From contig JBDRQI010000009.1 in NCBI GenBank assembly GCA_043826355.1, positions 1 to 64,000 on the forward strand: a stretch of 64,000 nt of DNA, read 5' to 3'. Shown here piece after piece: positions 19,581 through 28,764 of the stretch. The position numbers and the translations under genes were made by a program. Numbering within the stretch: the stretch's first letter is position 1; each line of letters opens with the position of its first letter. The notes under the pieces are model-generated. The model worked only from the letters and a program-made list of their open reading frames with translations, had not been told where the DNA came from and searched no databases. This stretch comes from Candidatus Omnitrophota bacterium (GTDB lineage: Bacteria; Ratteibacteria; UBA8468; MWAK01).

Positions 19581-21614
19581 TCAGTTGTCCGGCTCAGGCA
19601 AGAATTTACGCAGCGCCGGGTTAAGCGGATAGCCTAACTTTTCCATCTTCCGGATATCTTTTCGAGCCCGTTGGTATTCGCCCAAAACAATCAGGGTTGC
19701 GGCCCGGTTATTATATGCCTCACCGTATAAAGGGTCTATTTTCAGCGCCTGGTTATAATCGGAAAATGCCGCCGGGTACATTTCCTTGTGGCGGTAGGCG
19801 TTGCCGCGGTTAAAATAAGCCTCGGCAAAACGAGGGTTATATTTGATGGTCAGGCTGTATTCGGCAATGGCTCGGTCGTACTCCCCTTTCTGGAAAAATA
19901 TCCGCCCCCGGTTGAAATACGCGTCTGCGTCGTAAGGATTGAACTCTACGGCCCGCAACCAATCGGCAAGCGCCCGGTCGTATTCTCCCTTTTTTTCATA
20001 GGAAAATCCCCGGTTAGAATAGGCGTCGGGAGGGTAGGGATAAAACTCTATCGCCCACGTATAATCGGCGATGGCCAGATCATATTCAGCCATGTAATGA
20101 TACACGACTGCCCTGCTGCAATAAGGAACGCCGCTGGTTGGGTTAAGCTTTATCGCCTGATTGCAGTCCGCAAGGGCTTGCGCATACTGGCCTGACCGTG
20201 AATAGGCCAATCCCCTGCTGCTCCAGGGCCTCGCCTTATTCGGCGATTTTTTCACCACGTCGTTCCACAGGGTTATTTCATCTTTCCAGACCTGGTTACG
20301 GGCATAGGTCATTACGGAATAGCAGGCGACTATCACCAGCAGGACGAGAGACATCAACTTCAGTTTCTTGTCTCCGAACAGGTAATAGAAGATAATCAAC
20401 AAAAACAGGCAGTAGCCAACCATCGGCAGGTAAAGACGATGCTCAAAAATGACGTCCCTGATGGGAAGGATGCTGGATTCCGGAACGAGAACCAGGAAGA
20501 ACCAGAAGATGCTGAAGGAAAGCAGCCGGTGTTTCCGAAACAGGATGACGGCGGCCGCCAGAATCAGCAAAATGAAGACAAGACTGGCTAAAGCGGGCGT
20601 TTGCCATAGCGTTTGAACAATCGGATAGTCATAATCAAAATTTTGATTTACAGGCACCAGCAGAAGCCGCAGGTAGGTAACGATAACCCGGAACTGGGTT
20701 AAAAGATACTGAACCGGGGTGATGGCTGTCAAACCGGACCGGGCCTCTTTTAGAACCCGTACTTCCGATATGCGGCCCGAACCGGTTAGATAAAAAACCA
20801 CCATGAAAATCACCAGAACGAAGAAAAAAGGCGCAAGCCGCTTGATTCCACCCCCGCCTCGTACGCCCCCTTTCCAGAGCTTTGGAAAGGGCACCCCTCC
20901 CCCTTGAGGGGGAGGGTAAGGGTGGGAGGGGACATTCCAAAAGAAAAAAACCTCGCAGAGCAAGAGCATAAACGGCAGGGTAACGGCCGACTCTTTGGTA
21001 AAGAGCGCGGCAACCGCCGCCAAAACCGAACCAATATAAACAGAGTCATTGCGAAAGAGCGGCAGCGACCGCGGCAATCCCGCCCTTGCAAAACGGGTCT
21101 GGTTTAGCCTCGCCTTCAGATAGAGACAGACGGAAAGCAGGTAAAAAAAAGCCGCCAGCGAAGCGGTGCGCTGGATGATGTAGGTTACTGCCTGGGTCTG
21201 GATGGGATGGGCCACGAACATCAAGCCGGCCAGCAGGGAGATTAATTTGGCGTGCCGGGCAACCGGCGAATCTTTGACCGCCGGAACGGATAAGAGCAGG
21301 AGCGCAAGCCAGGAGACGAGCATCGCGGCGCCCAGGTGGACGGCCAGGTTAAATACATGGTAGCCGGGAAGCGACAACCGGTGAAAATGATAATTTAACG
21401 CAAGGGAGAGATAAGTAAAGAAACGAGTGGGGAAAAAATTCCAGACGGCTTTCAGGTTCCAGAGGTTGCGGATGGCGGAGTTGGCAATAATGTTATGCCC
21501 ATCGTCAAGATGGAATGCGGCGTGAAACGTGTTGGAATAGATTGCCAACCCCAGGAGAAAAAAGATGATAATTTTAAAAATATCACCGCGCTGTATTAGA
21601 ATTTTTTGTTTCAT
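19581..21614 (-). CDS. TMTC-like GT-C membrane glycosyltransferase with TPR repeats
   Basis: FHLDD, YHVFNLAVH, HPIQTQAVTYIIQR, KESAVTLP, EHRLYLP, RNQVWKDEITLW followed by TPRs. Confidence 0.85.
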   Translation of the reverse strand: MKQKILIQRGDIFKIIIFFLLGLAIYSNTFHAAFHLDDGHNIIANSAIRNLWNLKAVWNFFPTRFFTYLSLALNYHFHRLSLPGYHVFNLAVHLGAAMLVSWLALLLLSVPAVKDSPVARHAKLISLLAGLMFVAHPIQTQAVTYIIQRTASLAAFFYLLSVCLYLKARLNQTRFARAGLPRSLPLFRNDSVYIGSVLAAVAALFTKESAVTLPFMLLLCEVFFFWNVPSHPYPPPQGGGVPFPKLWKGGVRGGGGIKRLAPFFFVLVIFMVVFYLTGSGRISEVRVLKEARSGLTAITPVQYLLTQFRVIVTYLRLLLVPVNQNFDYDYPIVQTLWQTPALASLVFILLILAAAVILFRKHRLLSFSIFWFFLVLVPESSILPIRDVIFEHRLYLPMVGYCLFLLIIFYYLFGDKKLKLMSLVLLVIVACYSVMTYARNQVWKDEITLWNDVVKKSPNKARPWSSRGLAYSRSGQYAQALADCNQAIKLNPTSGVPYCSRAVVYHYMAEYDLAIADYTWAIEFYPYPPDAYSNRGFSYEKKGEYDRALADWLRAVEFNPYDADAYFNRGRIFFQKGEYDRAIAEYSLTIKYNPRFAEAYFNRGNAYRHKEMYPAAFSDYNQALKIDPLYGEAYNNRAATLIVLGEYQRARKDIRKMEKLGYPLNPALRKFLPEPDN

Positions 21615-21945
21615 TATGCTCCGCTTCCAACAACGCTAACTTTTGCGCCAGACTCTTTACCTGAACTGTCAGTTGAGAAATTTTGAGAGAATAATGGAGA
21701 CACAAAAGTATCACGAAGAGCAGTCCGAAGAAAAAAAGGGTGTTGACCGGTGTGACAATGCCGATTAGCCGGGTCAACCTGACCAAAAGGTTAAACTTCA
21801 CAACCACAATGAGCAGGACAAAACCGGTCAAGAGCCATAAAAAAGAGTATTCTTCCTTAAGTTTTCCCCGGCGCACCAATTCTATGATGCCGGACAACAT
21901 GACAAAACTGATAATTATCGCGATTAATTCCAATCTGGGCGCCAT
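21583..21945 (-). CDS. DUF2304 family membrane protein
   Basis: LVRRGKLKEEYSFLW, GIVTPVN, LAQKLALL; typical partner of a GT2 polyprenyl-P transferase. Confidence 0.8.
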   Translation of the reverse strand: MAPRLELIAIIISFVMLSGIIELVRRGKLKEEYSFLWLLTGFVLLIVVVKFNLLVRLTRLIGIVTPVNTLFFFGLLFVILLCLHYSLKISQLTVQVKSLAQKLALLEAEHNETKNSNTAR

Positions 21946-21962
21946 GCGGACCCCCTTTAATA

Positions 21963-22688
21963 TTAACGAACCGGTCTTTTTCTTAACAGGGTTACGAAGA
22001 TGGAAAGCATAATTTTGAAAATATAACTCAGCGGCCCCAGCCCCCGGTGCTGCGACCGTCCGCCTGTCCTGGGATTCATATTCACCGGAATCTCCTTCAT
22101 GCTGAATCCCGCCCGGTGCAGCACCAGCAGAAAATCTGCGTCCGGGTAATCAAAAGAATATAAATCCTGGATGCAAAATTCCAATACCGCCCTCCTGATT
22201 GCCCGGTAACCCGAGGTTGGGTCGGTCAACCGTTGGCCGGTAAGGACCGAGGCCAGGCAGGCAAAAAAACGGATTCCCGCCAAACGGGTCACCGAACCTT
22301 CGTAGCGCTCTTCGGAAAGAAAACGGGAACCGATTATCAAGTCTCTGCCGGATGTCTGGATTGACTGAAGAAAAAAAGGCAGGAACGATGGGTCGTGCTG
22401 GCCGTCTCCGTCCAGCTGAATCAGATACTGATAATCATGGCTCACCGCAAATTTATATCCGGTCTGGAGCGCGGCCCCGACCCCCAGATTAAAAGGCAGT
22501 CCAACAACCCTGGCCCCTGCTTTTCGACTCACTTCTGCGGTACGGTCTCCCGAACCGTCGTCCACCACCAAAATATCGGCCTCCGGCAGGTACTTCCCGA
22601 CCCCTTCTATAACCGCGGCTATCCGCTCGGATTCGTTAAAAGCAGGGATAAGCACCAGTATCTTTTCCTTTGCCATAATTTGCGCCAC
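21963..22688 (-). CDS. GT2 polyprenol-phosphate glycosyltransferase (DPM1-like)
   Basis: IPAFNE, VVDDGSGD, NLGVGAALQTG, DGDGQHDP, GSRF, TDPTSGYR. Confidence 0.9.
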   Translation of the reverse strand: MAQIMAKEKILVLIPAFNESERIAAVIEGVGKYLPEADILVVDDGSGDRTAEVSRKAGARVVGLPFNLGVGAALQTGYKFAVSHDYQYLIQLDGDGQHDPSFLPFFLQSIQTSGRDLIIGSRFLSEERYEGSVTRLAGIRFFACLASVLTGQRLTDPTSGYRAIRRAVLEFCIQDLYSFDYPDADFLLVLHRAGFSMKEIPVNMNPRTGGRSQHRGLGPLSYIFKIMLSIFVTLLRKRPVR

Positions 22689-22761
22689 GTCTGTTTTTAT
22701 TATATCATAGAATGAGGCGGATTAAATACATTTTGGCAAGGCCCGGTACCGTTGAATAAAA

Positions 22762-24186
22762 ATGGCTAAAGTGCTGTTATTGTCACCCCTGTACGTCGAT
22801 TTATACGGCAACCTGCAAAAAGCCGCCGGCCGGTATTTCCCTTTGGGCATAGGGTATGTCGCCTCCTACCTCCGCAAGTACGGAAACCACGAGGTCCGAA
22901 TGTATGAACCGGAAGCGCAACGGTTAAATCACGCCGATATCGTAAAGATAATTAAAACTTTTGCACCGGACGTAATCGGCATTACCTGTACTACGCCTAA
23001 TTTTGCAAGGGCGATTGAACTGGCAAAAATATGTAAAATCAACTCCGGGGCAAAAGTCGTACTCGGAGGGGTTCATGTTTCTGCAATTCCTGAGTTCATA
23101 ATGGAAAGGTACCCGGACCTGATTGACTGCGCGGTGGCAGGAGAAGGCGAAATTACCATGCTGGAACTGGTCAATACCTACCAGGCCAATTCCAGCACAG
23201 AAACCATAAAAGGAATAGTTTATCTAAAAAACGGAAGAGCAATCCGCAACGAAAACCGGCCTTTCATTGAAGACCTGGACTCAATCCCATTCCCTTCGCG
23301 GGACCTGATTCCCCAAGCCCTTTTCACACCCAACAGGCATAATGCCCGCTATCGAAATTGTGCGACTATTCTCACCAGCCGGGGTTGTCCGTTCAACTGC
23401 AGTTTTTGCGCTTCAAGGCTGGTTTCGGGCAAGAAGTACCGCACCCATTCGGCAGAATACGTTTTGGAAGAGATGGAGATGCTTAAAAAAAACTACAAAA
23501 TTCGGCAGCTGTTGATTACCGACGACACTTTTACCATCGACCGGAACCGGCTGGAAGAGATATGCCGAGGTATGATTGACCGGAAACTGCGCCTCGCCTG
23601 GTTCTGTTTCAGCCAAACCGGCGCGGTAAACCGGGGATTGCTTAAATTGATGAAAAAAGCAGGTTGTTACAATATTGGGTTCGGAATAGAATCGTCGGAC
23701 GAGGCAATTTTAAAGAAAATGGGAAAAAATATCCTTCCCGCAAAAGCAAAGGAGACTGTCCGGATTGCCAGCGGCCTTGGGTTGAAAACGCAGACCTTCT
23801 ACATTATCGGTTCGCCGGGAGAAACAAAGGAGCAGATGAATAACACCATAAAATTCTCCAGAGAGGTGGGGTCAACCCTGGTATTCTACAACATGCTGAT
23901 TCCCTTTCCCGGCACCAGGGAATTCAATTACTTCTTTTCCGAAACTCCCCTGGAAGATATAAACTGGGAAAAGTTTGTAGCGATAGGCGAACACTGCGTG
24001 TTAAAAAACGCCGGGGTTTCCGCAAAGGAAATAGAGCAAATTATCGGAAAGGCAAATTTTTCCTACTATACGCACCCCAAAAGACTTTTTAATGTTGCCT
24101 TCCACATCAGGACTTTTTACGAACTTTCCAATTACCTGCGGGGTGGGATTGCTTTATTGAGACAGACCTGCAAGTGGTCTAATTAG
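22762..24186 (+). CDS. Cobalamin-binding radical SAM protein
   Basis: PLGIGY, GGVHVS, GEGE, SRGCPFNCSFC, FGIES. Confidence 0.92.
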   Translation: MAKVLLLSPLYVDLYGNLQKAAGRYFPLGIGYVASYLRKYGNHEVRMYEPEAQRLNHADIVKIIKTFAPDVIGITCTTPNFARAIELAKICKINSGAKVVLGGVHVSAIPEFIMERYPDLIDCAVAGEGEITMLELVNTYQANSSTETIKGIVYLKNGRAIRNENRPFIEDLDSIPFPSRDLIPQALFTPNRHNARYRNCATILTSRGCPFNCSFCASRLVSGKKYRTHSAEYVLEEMEMLKKNYKIRQLLITDDTFTIDRNRLEEICRGMIDRKLRLAWFCFSQTGAVNRGLLKLMKKAGCYNIGFGIESSDEAILKKMGKNILPAKAKETVRIASGLGLKTQTFYIIGSPGETKEQMNNTIKFSREVGSTLVFYNMLIPFPGTREFNYFFSETPLEDINWEKFVAIGEHCVLKNAGVSAKEIEQIIGKANFSYYTHPKRLFNVAFHIRTFYELSNYLRGGIALLRQTCKWSN

Positions 24187-24269
24187 ATTTTTTCTTATTA
24201 CGGTGGTGCGGCAACGCGGACCGGGGCTGCGGCATCGGAACCTGCTAAGAATTGCCGGGTCAGAAAGCG

Positions 24270-25058
24270 TTAAATAAAGTAAAAGAGCGCGGTGATTACG
24301 AAGTCGGCGACGATAACCATAAAGAGCGAGATTACCACCGCCAGGGTTGTGGCCCGGCCCACCCCTTTAGCCCCGCCTTCGGCAAAAAACCCCTCCCGGC
24401 TGGAAACGACTACGATAATTGCTCCAAAGATAAGCGCTTTCAAAAGACCGATCATGATATCTTTAATGAAGACGAAACGGAAGGCCTGGAAGAAGAAGAG
24501 GCTGGTATTGAGGTTCAGGGTGGTCGTACCGATTACGTAGCCGCCCAGGATTTGCAGGGTGACGGCCATTACGGTTAAAACCGGCAGCATCAAGCATCCG
24601 GCCGCGAATTTAGGCACGACCAGGTACTCAACCGGGTCAACCGCCAGGGTATTCAGGGCGTCAATCTGCTCGGTAATCTTCATCGTGCCGATTTCCGCCG
24701 CAATGGCAGAGCCCACCCGGCCGGAGATGAGAAATGCCACCAGAATCGGGCCCAACTCCCGGACCGCCGATAGCGTAACGATGGTACTGACGTAAATTTC
24801 CCCGCCGGTCAGTTTTAAGGGGGTGGCCGACTGCATCGCAACGACCATTCCGAAGAAAAAAGAGAGCAGGGCGACGATCCAGAAGGAGCGGTTACCGAAA
24901 ATATCGCATTCCTGCAGGAATGGAACCAGCCGGAGCCGGCCGGTCAGAAGGGCGGTTATTACTTTTATCAGTATCAGCGCCAGCGAACCGATGAAATGGA
25001 TAAAAGCGAGAAGCCGATGGCCCAGCGTGTCAACGAAGCCGCGTTTTACTCTTTCCAT
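24270..25058 (-). CDS. mlaE: MlaE family ABC permease
   Basis: RELGP, GRVGSAIAAEIGTMKITEQIDAL, GGAKGVGRATT. Confidence 0.93.
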   Translation of the reverse strand: MERVKRGFVDTLGHRLLAFIHFIGSLALILIKVITALLTGRLRLVPFLQECDIFGNRSFWIVALLSFFFGMVVAMQSATPLKLTGGEIYVSTIVTLSAVRELGPILVAFLISGRVGSAIAAEIGTMKITEQIDALNTLAVDPVEYLVVPKFAAGCLMLPVLTVMAVTLQILGGYVIGTTTLNLNTSLFFFQAFRFVFIKDIMIGLLKALIFGAIIVVVSSREGFFAEGGAKGVGRATTLAVVISLFMVIVADFVITALFYFI

Positions 25059-25059
25059 G

Positions 25060-25125
25060 GGGATTTCCCATTCCCGACAGACCCCCGCTTACTACTTGCG
25101 GGGGCAGGCACATGCGGAAATGACA
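25060..25125. repeat. Intergenic palindromic element (TGTCA-terminus family)
   Basis: ends GCGGAAATGACA; internal CCCCCGC...GCGGGGG stem. Confidence 0.55.
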
Positions 25126-25132
25126 AATAATA

Positions 25133-26098
25133 TTAAGGCAATTCAGCGAAGAGCATCCGGCCGGTGGCGGTTTGAATCGTGTTGGCGATGACCACCTCCA
25201 GCGATTCCCCGATGTGCTTGCGTCCGCCTTCCACGACAACCATCGTGCCGTCTTCAAGGTAACCGATGCCCTGGTCGGGTTCTTTGCCTTCTTTTATGAT
25301 TTTAATCAGGATATGTTCGTCCTGAACATACCGGGGTTTCAGGATAGTGGAAAGGCTGTTGAGGTTAAGCACTTTGATGTTCTGAACTTCGGCAATTTTG
25401 GCCAGGTTGTAATCGTTGGTCAGGATGCGGGATTCGGAGGTTCGGGCCAGGTGAATCAGTTTGGCATCTACCCCGGAGATATTCGGAAAATCAATATCTT
25501 CAATGATGATTTTAACTTCCGGGTCGCGGCGCAACCGGTTGAGCATCTCAAGCCCCCGTCGGCCCCGCTGCCGTTTAAGGTCATCGGAAGAATCGGCGAT
25601 CGTCTGCAGTTCCTTAATGATAAAACTGGGAACGACCAGCCGGTAATCCATGAATCCGGTATGGGATAAATCCAGCAATCGTCCGTCAATAATTACGTTG
25701 CTGTCCAGGAGCAACGGCGGTATCTTCTCGGCTTCACCCACGATCCCGGAAAGCAGGCTCAATTTGCCGGTATACCGCAAGGCGATAGTTATACCAAGAT
25801 AGGAAAAGAGATAGTAAAGAAAAAAGCGTACGTAGTACTGGATTTCAATCCGCGGCGGGATTAGGAGAATCATCTCAAAGAGAAGCCGCGCTGAAACCAG
25901 GCCGATAATCATACCAAGTGCGCCCAGAAAAATGCGCCGCGCCGGTATCTTCTCCATCATTATTTCCAGGAGAATGATGGTCCCGGCGCCGGCCAAGCCG
26001 AACAAGGCGCCGGAAAAAGCCTCACTCGGCGGCGCCACATAATAGCCGGTTATCAATGCGAAAATAAAGAAAAAAAGACGAATGATAAGTAAACCCAT
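25133..26098 (-). CDS. PIN/TRAM domain membrane protein (YacL-like)
   Basis: LDSNVIIDGR, RGRRGLEML, LTNDYNL, GYLEDGTMVVVE, QTATGRMLFA; SD GGAGGTG. Confidence 0.92.
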   Translation of the reverse strand: MGLLIIRLFFFIFALITGYYVAPPSEAFSGALFGLAGAGTIILLEIMMEKIPARRIFLGALGMIIGLVSARLLFEMILLIPPRIEIQYYVRFFLYYLFSYLGITIALRYTGKLSLLSGIVGEAEKIPPLLLDSNVIIDGRLLDLSHTGFMDYRLVVPSFIIKELQTIADSSDDLKRQRGRRGLEMLNRLRRDPEVKIIIEDIDFPNISGVDAKLIHLARTSESRILTNDYNLAKIAEVQNIKVLNLNSLSTILKPRYVQDEHILIKIIKEGKEPDQGIGYLEDGTMVVVEGGRKHIGESLEVVIANTIQTATGRMLFAELP

Positions 26099-26156
26099 AA
26101 ATCACCTCCCAATTTTAAAAAATATAGCACCGTCAAAAATTAACCGCGAAAACCCT

Positions 26157-26256
26157 GCCACGAAAACACAGAGGGGTAGCCGCAGAGCGAAACTCTAACC
26201 TGAAAGATGCAAAGCTATCGCTTTGCCGCTATATAATTATTCCGTGCTTCCGTGGT
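26157..26256. repeat. Nested palindromic elements in the yacL-mlaD intergenic region
   Basis: CCACGAAAACACAG...CCGTGCTTCCGTGG outer arms enclosing GTAGCCGCAGAGCGA...TCGCTTTGCCGCTAT. Confidence 0.55.
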
Positions 26257-26275
26257 ATATTTTAGTATTTAATTT

Positions 26276-27295
26276 TTATGAACCCGGTCGTAATAATCGC
26301 CAGGGTTTTGCCCGGATATCGGAAATTAAACCTTTTACCTCGTTATAAAGTTCATCGCTGGTCAGGAATTTCCCGGCGCTGCCCCGTCCGGTTTTGATGT
26401 TCAGGGAAAGGTCCTTGATGCTTTCGGATGCTTCGGCAAACTGACCGGCTGACCTTTCCAGGTCTGTCAGTGATTTATCCAGTTTGCGGTAGAGATCGCC
26501 GGAAGAGATTAAGAGCCCCAGGGTGCTGTCATCGCTCTGAAACTTGCCCATTACTTCCGACATCTGTTGGGAAACGTTTGCCAGGCCGGCAGAAGCAATC
26601 TGAAAATTAAAGAGGGCCTGGACCAGCGCCGGCTTGGTCTGCTCCACGACGCCCTGGGCGGAAGAGAGCAATTCCTGCGCCTTAATTGAGGCTAATTGCA
26701 AATCCGTCGCCGCCGCCTGGATACCGGAGAGAGTTTTGCTTCCCTGCGCGGACATGCTTTTAAGTTGGTCCAGGGTGGCGTAAAGCTCTTCCTTGAACTT
26801 TGGGTCTCCAAATAACTTATCCACCGAAGAGACCATTCGCTGGATATTTCGGCCCAGGTCTTCGCCCATCGCCAGCAGGCGGTCTATGGGAAGCGGTTCG
26901 GTACCGACCATTACTTCGTTAGGTTGAATCAGCGGGGTGTCGGTAAACGAAGTGGGGAGTATCTCCACGTACTTTTCTCCGATTAATCCGAAGCTGCGGA
27001 TAAAAACCTGGGAATGGCGGCCGAGTTTAACCGAGCGGTCAAGGTGCAGGGTTACAAAGACGCGGGGAGTTTCGGAATAGTCAACGATGACTTTTTTGAC
27101 TTCGCCTACCCGTACACCGCTCACCTGAACCGGAGAACCCCGGTCAACGCCGGCTACGTATTTAAAGACGGCTTTCACCTCATAACCACCCTTCCGGAAC
27201 GAAAATTGCCCCTTAACGACGGCAAAGATGAGGATAAGCAAAATCGCCAGCATTGCGAAGAACCCAACCCGCAGTTCCAGCGTTAGTCTCTTCAT
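26276..27295 (-). CDS. mlaD: MlaD/MCE family protein with helical extension
   Basis: ELRVG TM anchor, GSPVQVSGVRVGEV, GLIGEKYVEI. Confidence 0.9.
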   Translation of the reverse strand: MKRLTLELRVGFFAMLAILLILIFAVVKGQFSFRKGGYEVKAVFKYVAGVDRGSPVQVSGVRVGEVKKVIVDYSETPRVFVTLHLDRSVKLGRHSQVFIRSFGLIGEKYVEILPTSFTDTPLIQPNEVMVGTEPLPIDRLLAMGEDLGRNIQRMVSSVDKLFGDPKFKEELYATLDQLKSMSAQGSKTLSGIQAAATDLQLASIKAQELLSSAQGVVEQTKPALVQALFNFQIASAGLANVSQQMSEVMGKFQSDDSTLGLLISSGDLYRKLDKSLTDLERSAGQFAEASESIKDLSLNIKTGRGSAGKFLTSDELYNEVKGLISDIRAKPWRLLRPGS

Positions 27296-27299
27296 CCTG

Positions 27300-28055
27300 T
27301 TAAACCTCCCTTTTAGGAGTTGTTAAACCCCTAAGGCGGAAAAAATCCCGGACAGTCTTGTTCTGGCTTTCCTTAATTTCCGAAGTAGTTCCGAATCCGA
27401 CCACTTTACCTTCGGAAAGCACGCCGATGCGGTTAGCCACCCGGAAGGTCAGGTGGCGGTCGTGAGTAACCATCAGCGCCGTGGTGCCCAGTTTTTTCTG
27501 GATATCCAGCATTAGTTCTTCAATGCTTTCGGCGGTCAGCGGGTCCAGGCCGGCGGTTGGTTCATCATAGCAAATGGTTTTCGGTTCAAAGATAAGAGTT
27601 CTCGCCAGCGCCACCCGTTTCTTCATCCCGCCGCTTAACTCATCCACCTGCAAATCTTCCGTGCCTTTCAGGTCGACCAGACCCAGACTATGGGTTACCT
27701 TTTTACGAATCTCCTCGACCGGCAGGTCGGTATGCTCCAGGAGGTAAAAACCGATATTTTCCCAGACCGGCATAGAATCAAAAAGAGCGTTGCCCTGGAA
27801 GACCATGCCTATTTCCCGACGGATATCGTTCCAGTTCTTCGGGGAGAACCCGGCGATGTCTCTGCCGTTGATGAATATCTTTCCGCCGGTCGGCGTAAGC
27901 AGGCCGACAATGTTTTTTAAAAGAACCGTCTTGCCGGAACCGCTGATTCCGGCGATTATTGTTGTTTCGCCTTCGTCAACCCAAAAATTAACTCCGTTCA
28001 AAACCGGCGTATTGCCAAAACCGGCAAAAAGGTCCTGGACATCAATCGCTCTCAT
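27300..28055 (-). CDS. mlaF: MlaF-type ABC ATP-binding protein
   Basis: GISGSGKT, FQGNALFDS, LSGGMKKRVALAR, YDEPTAGLDP. Confidence 0.92.
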   Translation of the reverse strand: MRAIDVQDLFAGFGNTPVLNGVNFWVDEGETTIIAGISGSGKTVLLKNIVGLLTPTGGKIFINGRDIAGFSPKNWNDIRREIGMVFQGNALFDSMPVWENIGFYLLEHTDLPVEEIRKKVTHSLGLVDLKGTEDLQVDELSGGMKKRVALARTLIFEPKTICYDEPTAGLDPLTAESIEELMLDIQKKLGTTALMVTHDRHLTFRVANRIGVLSEGKVVGFGTTSEIKESQNKTVRDFFRLRGLTTPKREV

Positions 28056-28186
28056 TTTTTTAGGGTATTACCGCAGCAAATTTTACCACAAAATCATACC
28101 AGATTCAACCAAAGGCCGAATATCCGGGCTTCAAACATCAGACAAAAATTTTTAAACTTAAAGTTTGACGTTCGGAGTCTGGCGTT

Positions 28187-28720
28187 TTATTCTAAATTGG
28201 CGTGGTTCTTCCGAATTTGAGTCTCCGCAATCTTTAACCGGTTCTTAAGAACCAGGCAGACGCTGTCGCAGAAGAGAAGCAGGCTTTGTTCAAAGAGCGA
28301 AGCCATTAACTGGCGGGAAGGCAAAACACTGGGTATAACTATCATTAAGTCAGCCATCTTTTTCAGGGAAGGGGAAGGAGAAGCGGTTATGAAAACCACG
28401 TCTGCTTTGTATCTTCCGGCTAACTTCACAATGTTTATCACGCCGCTGGTCTTTCCGGAGCCGGAGGCAGCCACCAGGAGGTCATTCTTTCCGATGGCCG
28501 GAGTCACAATTTCGCCGACCACATAACACTCTTTTCCCAGATGCCGCAGCCTTTTGGCAAAAGCCTGGAGCATTAGCATGCTTCTGCCTGCACCGATAAC
28601 GAAGACTCGGCGGGATTCCAGGAGCCGGTCCAGAAATTCTCCCGACTCTTTTTCGCTGATATTGTTCAGAGATTTGTTTAATTCCTGCAGCACGACCTTT
28701 CGGATTTTATTAAATTCCAT
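28187..28720 (-). CDS. hxlB: 6-phospho-3-hexuloisomerase (SIS domain)
   Basis: GAGRS, FAKRL, SGSGKT, SLFEQ, C-terminal HANLE. Confidence 0.85.
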   Translation of the reverse strand: MEFNKIRKVVLQELNKSLNNISEKESGEFLDRLLESRRVFVIGAGRSMLMLQAFAKRLRHLGKECYVVGEIVTPAIGKNDLLVAASGSGKTSGVINIVKLAGRYKADVVFITASPSPSLKKMADLMIVIPSVLPSRQLMASLFEQSLLLFCDSVCLVLKNRLKIAETQIRKNHANLE

Positions 28721-28730
28721 TTGATGTTTT

Positions 28731-28761
28731 TGTGCAGGGGCTCAATTCATCGAGCCCCTGC
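28731..28761. repeat. Degenerate GTAG-family palindrome
   Basis: GCAGGGGCTCAATTCATCGAGCCCCTGC, matches the copies at 40737 and 63301. Confidence 0.75.
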
Positions 28762-28764
28762 GTT

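Noticed and set aside
28131..28185. Degenerate heptamer-like inverted pattern downstream of hxlB
   Set aside because: Too weak to distinguish from chance without a genome-wide search.
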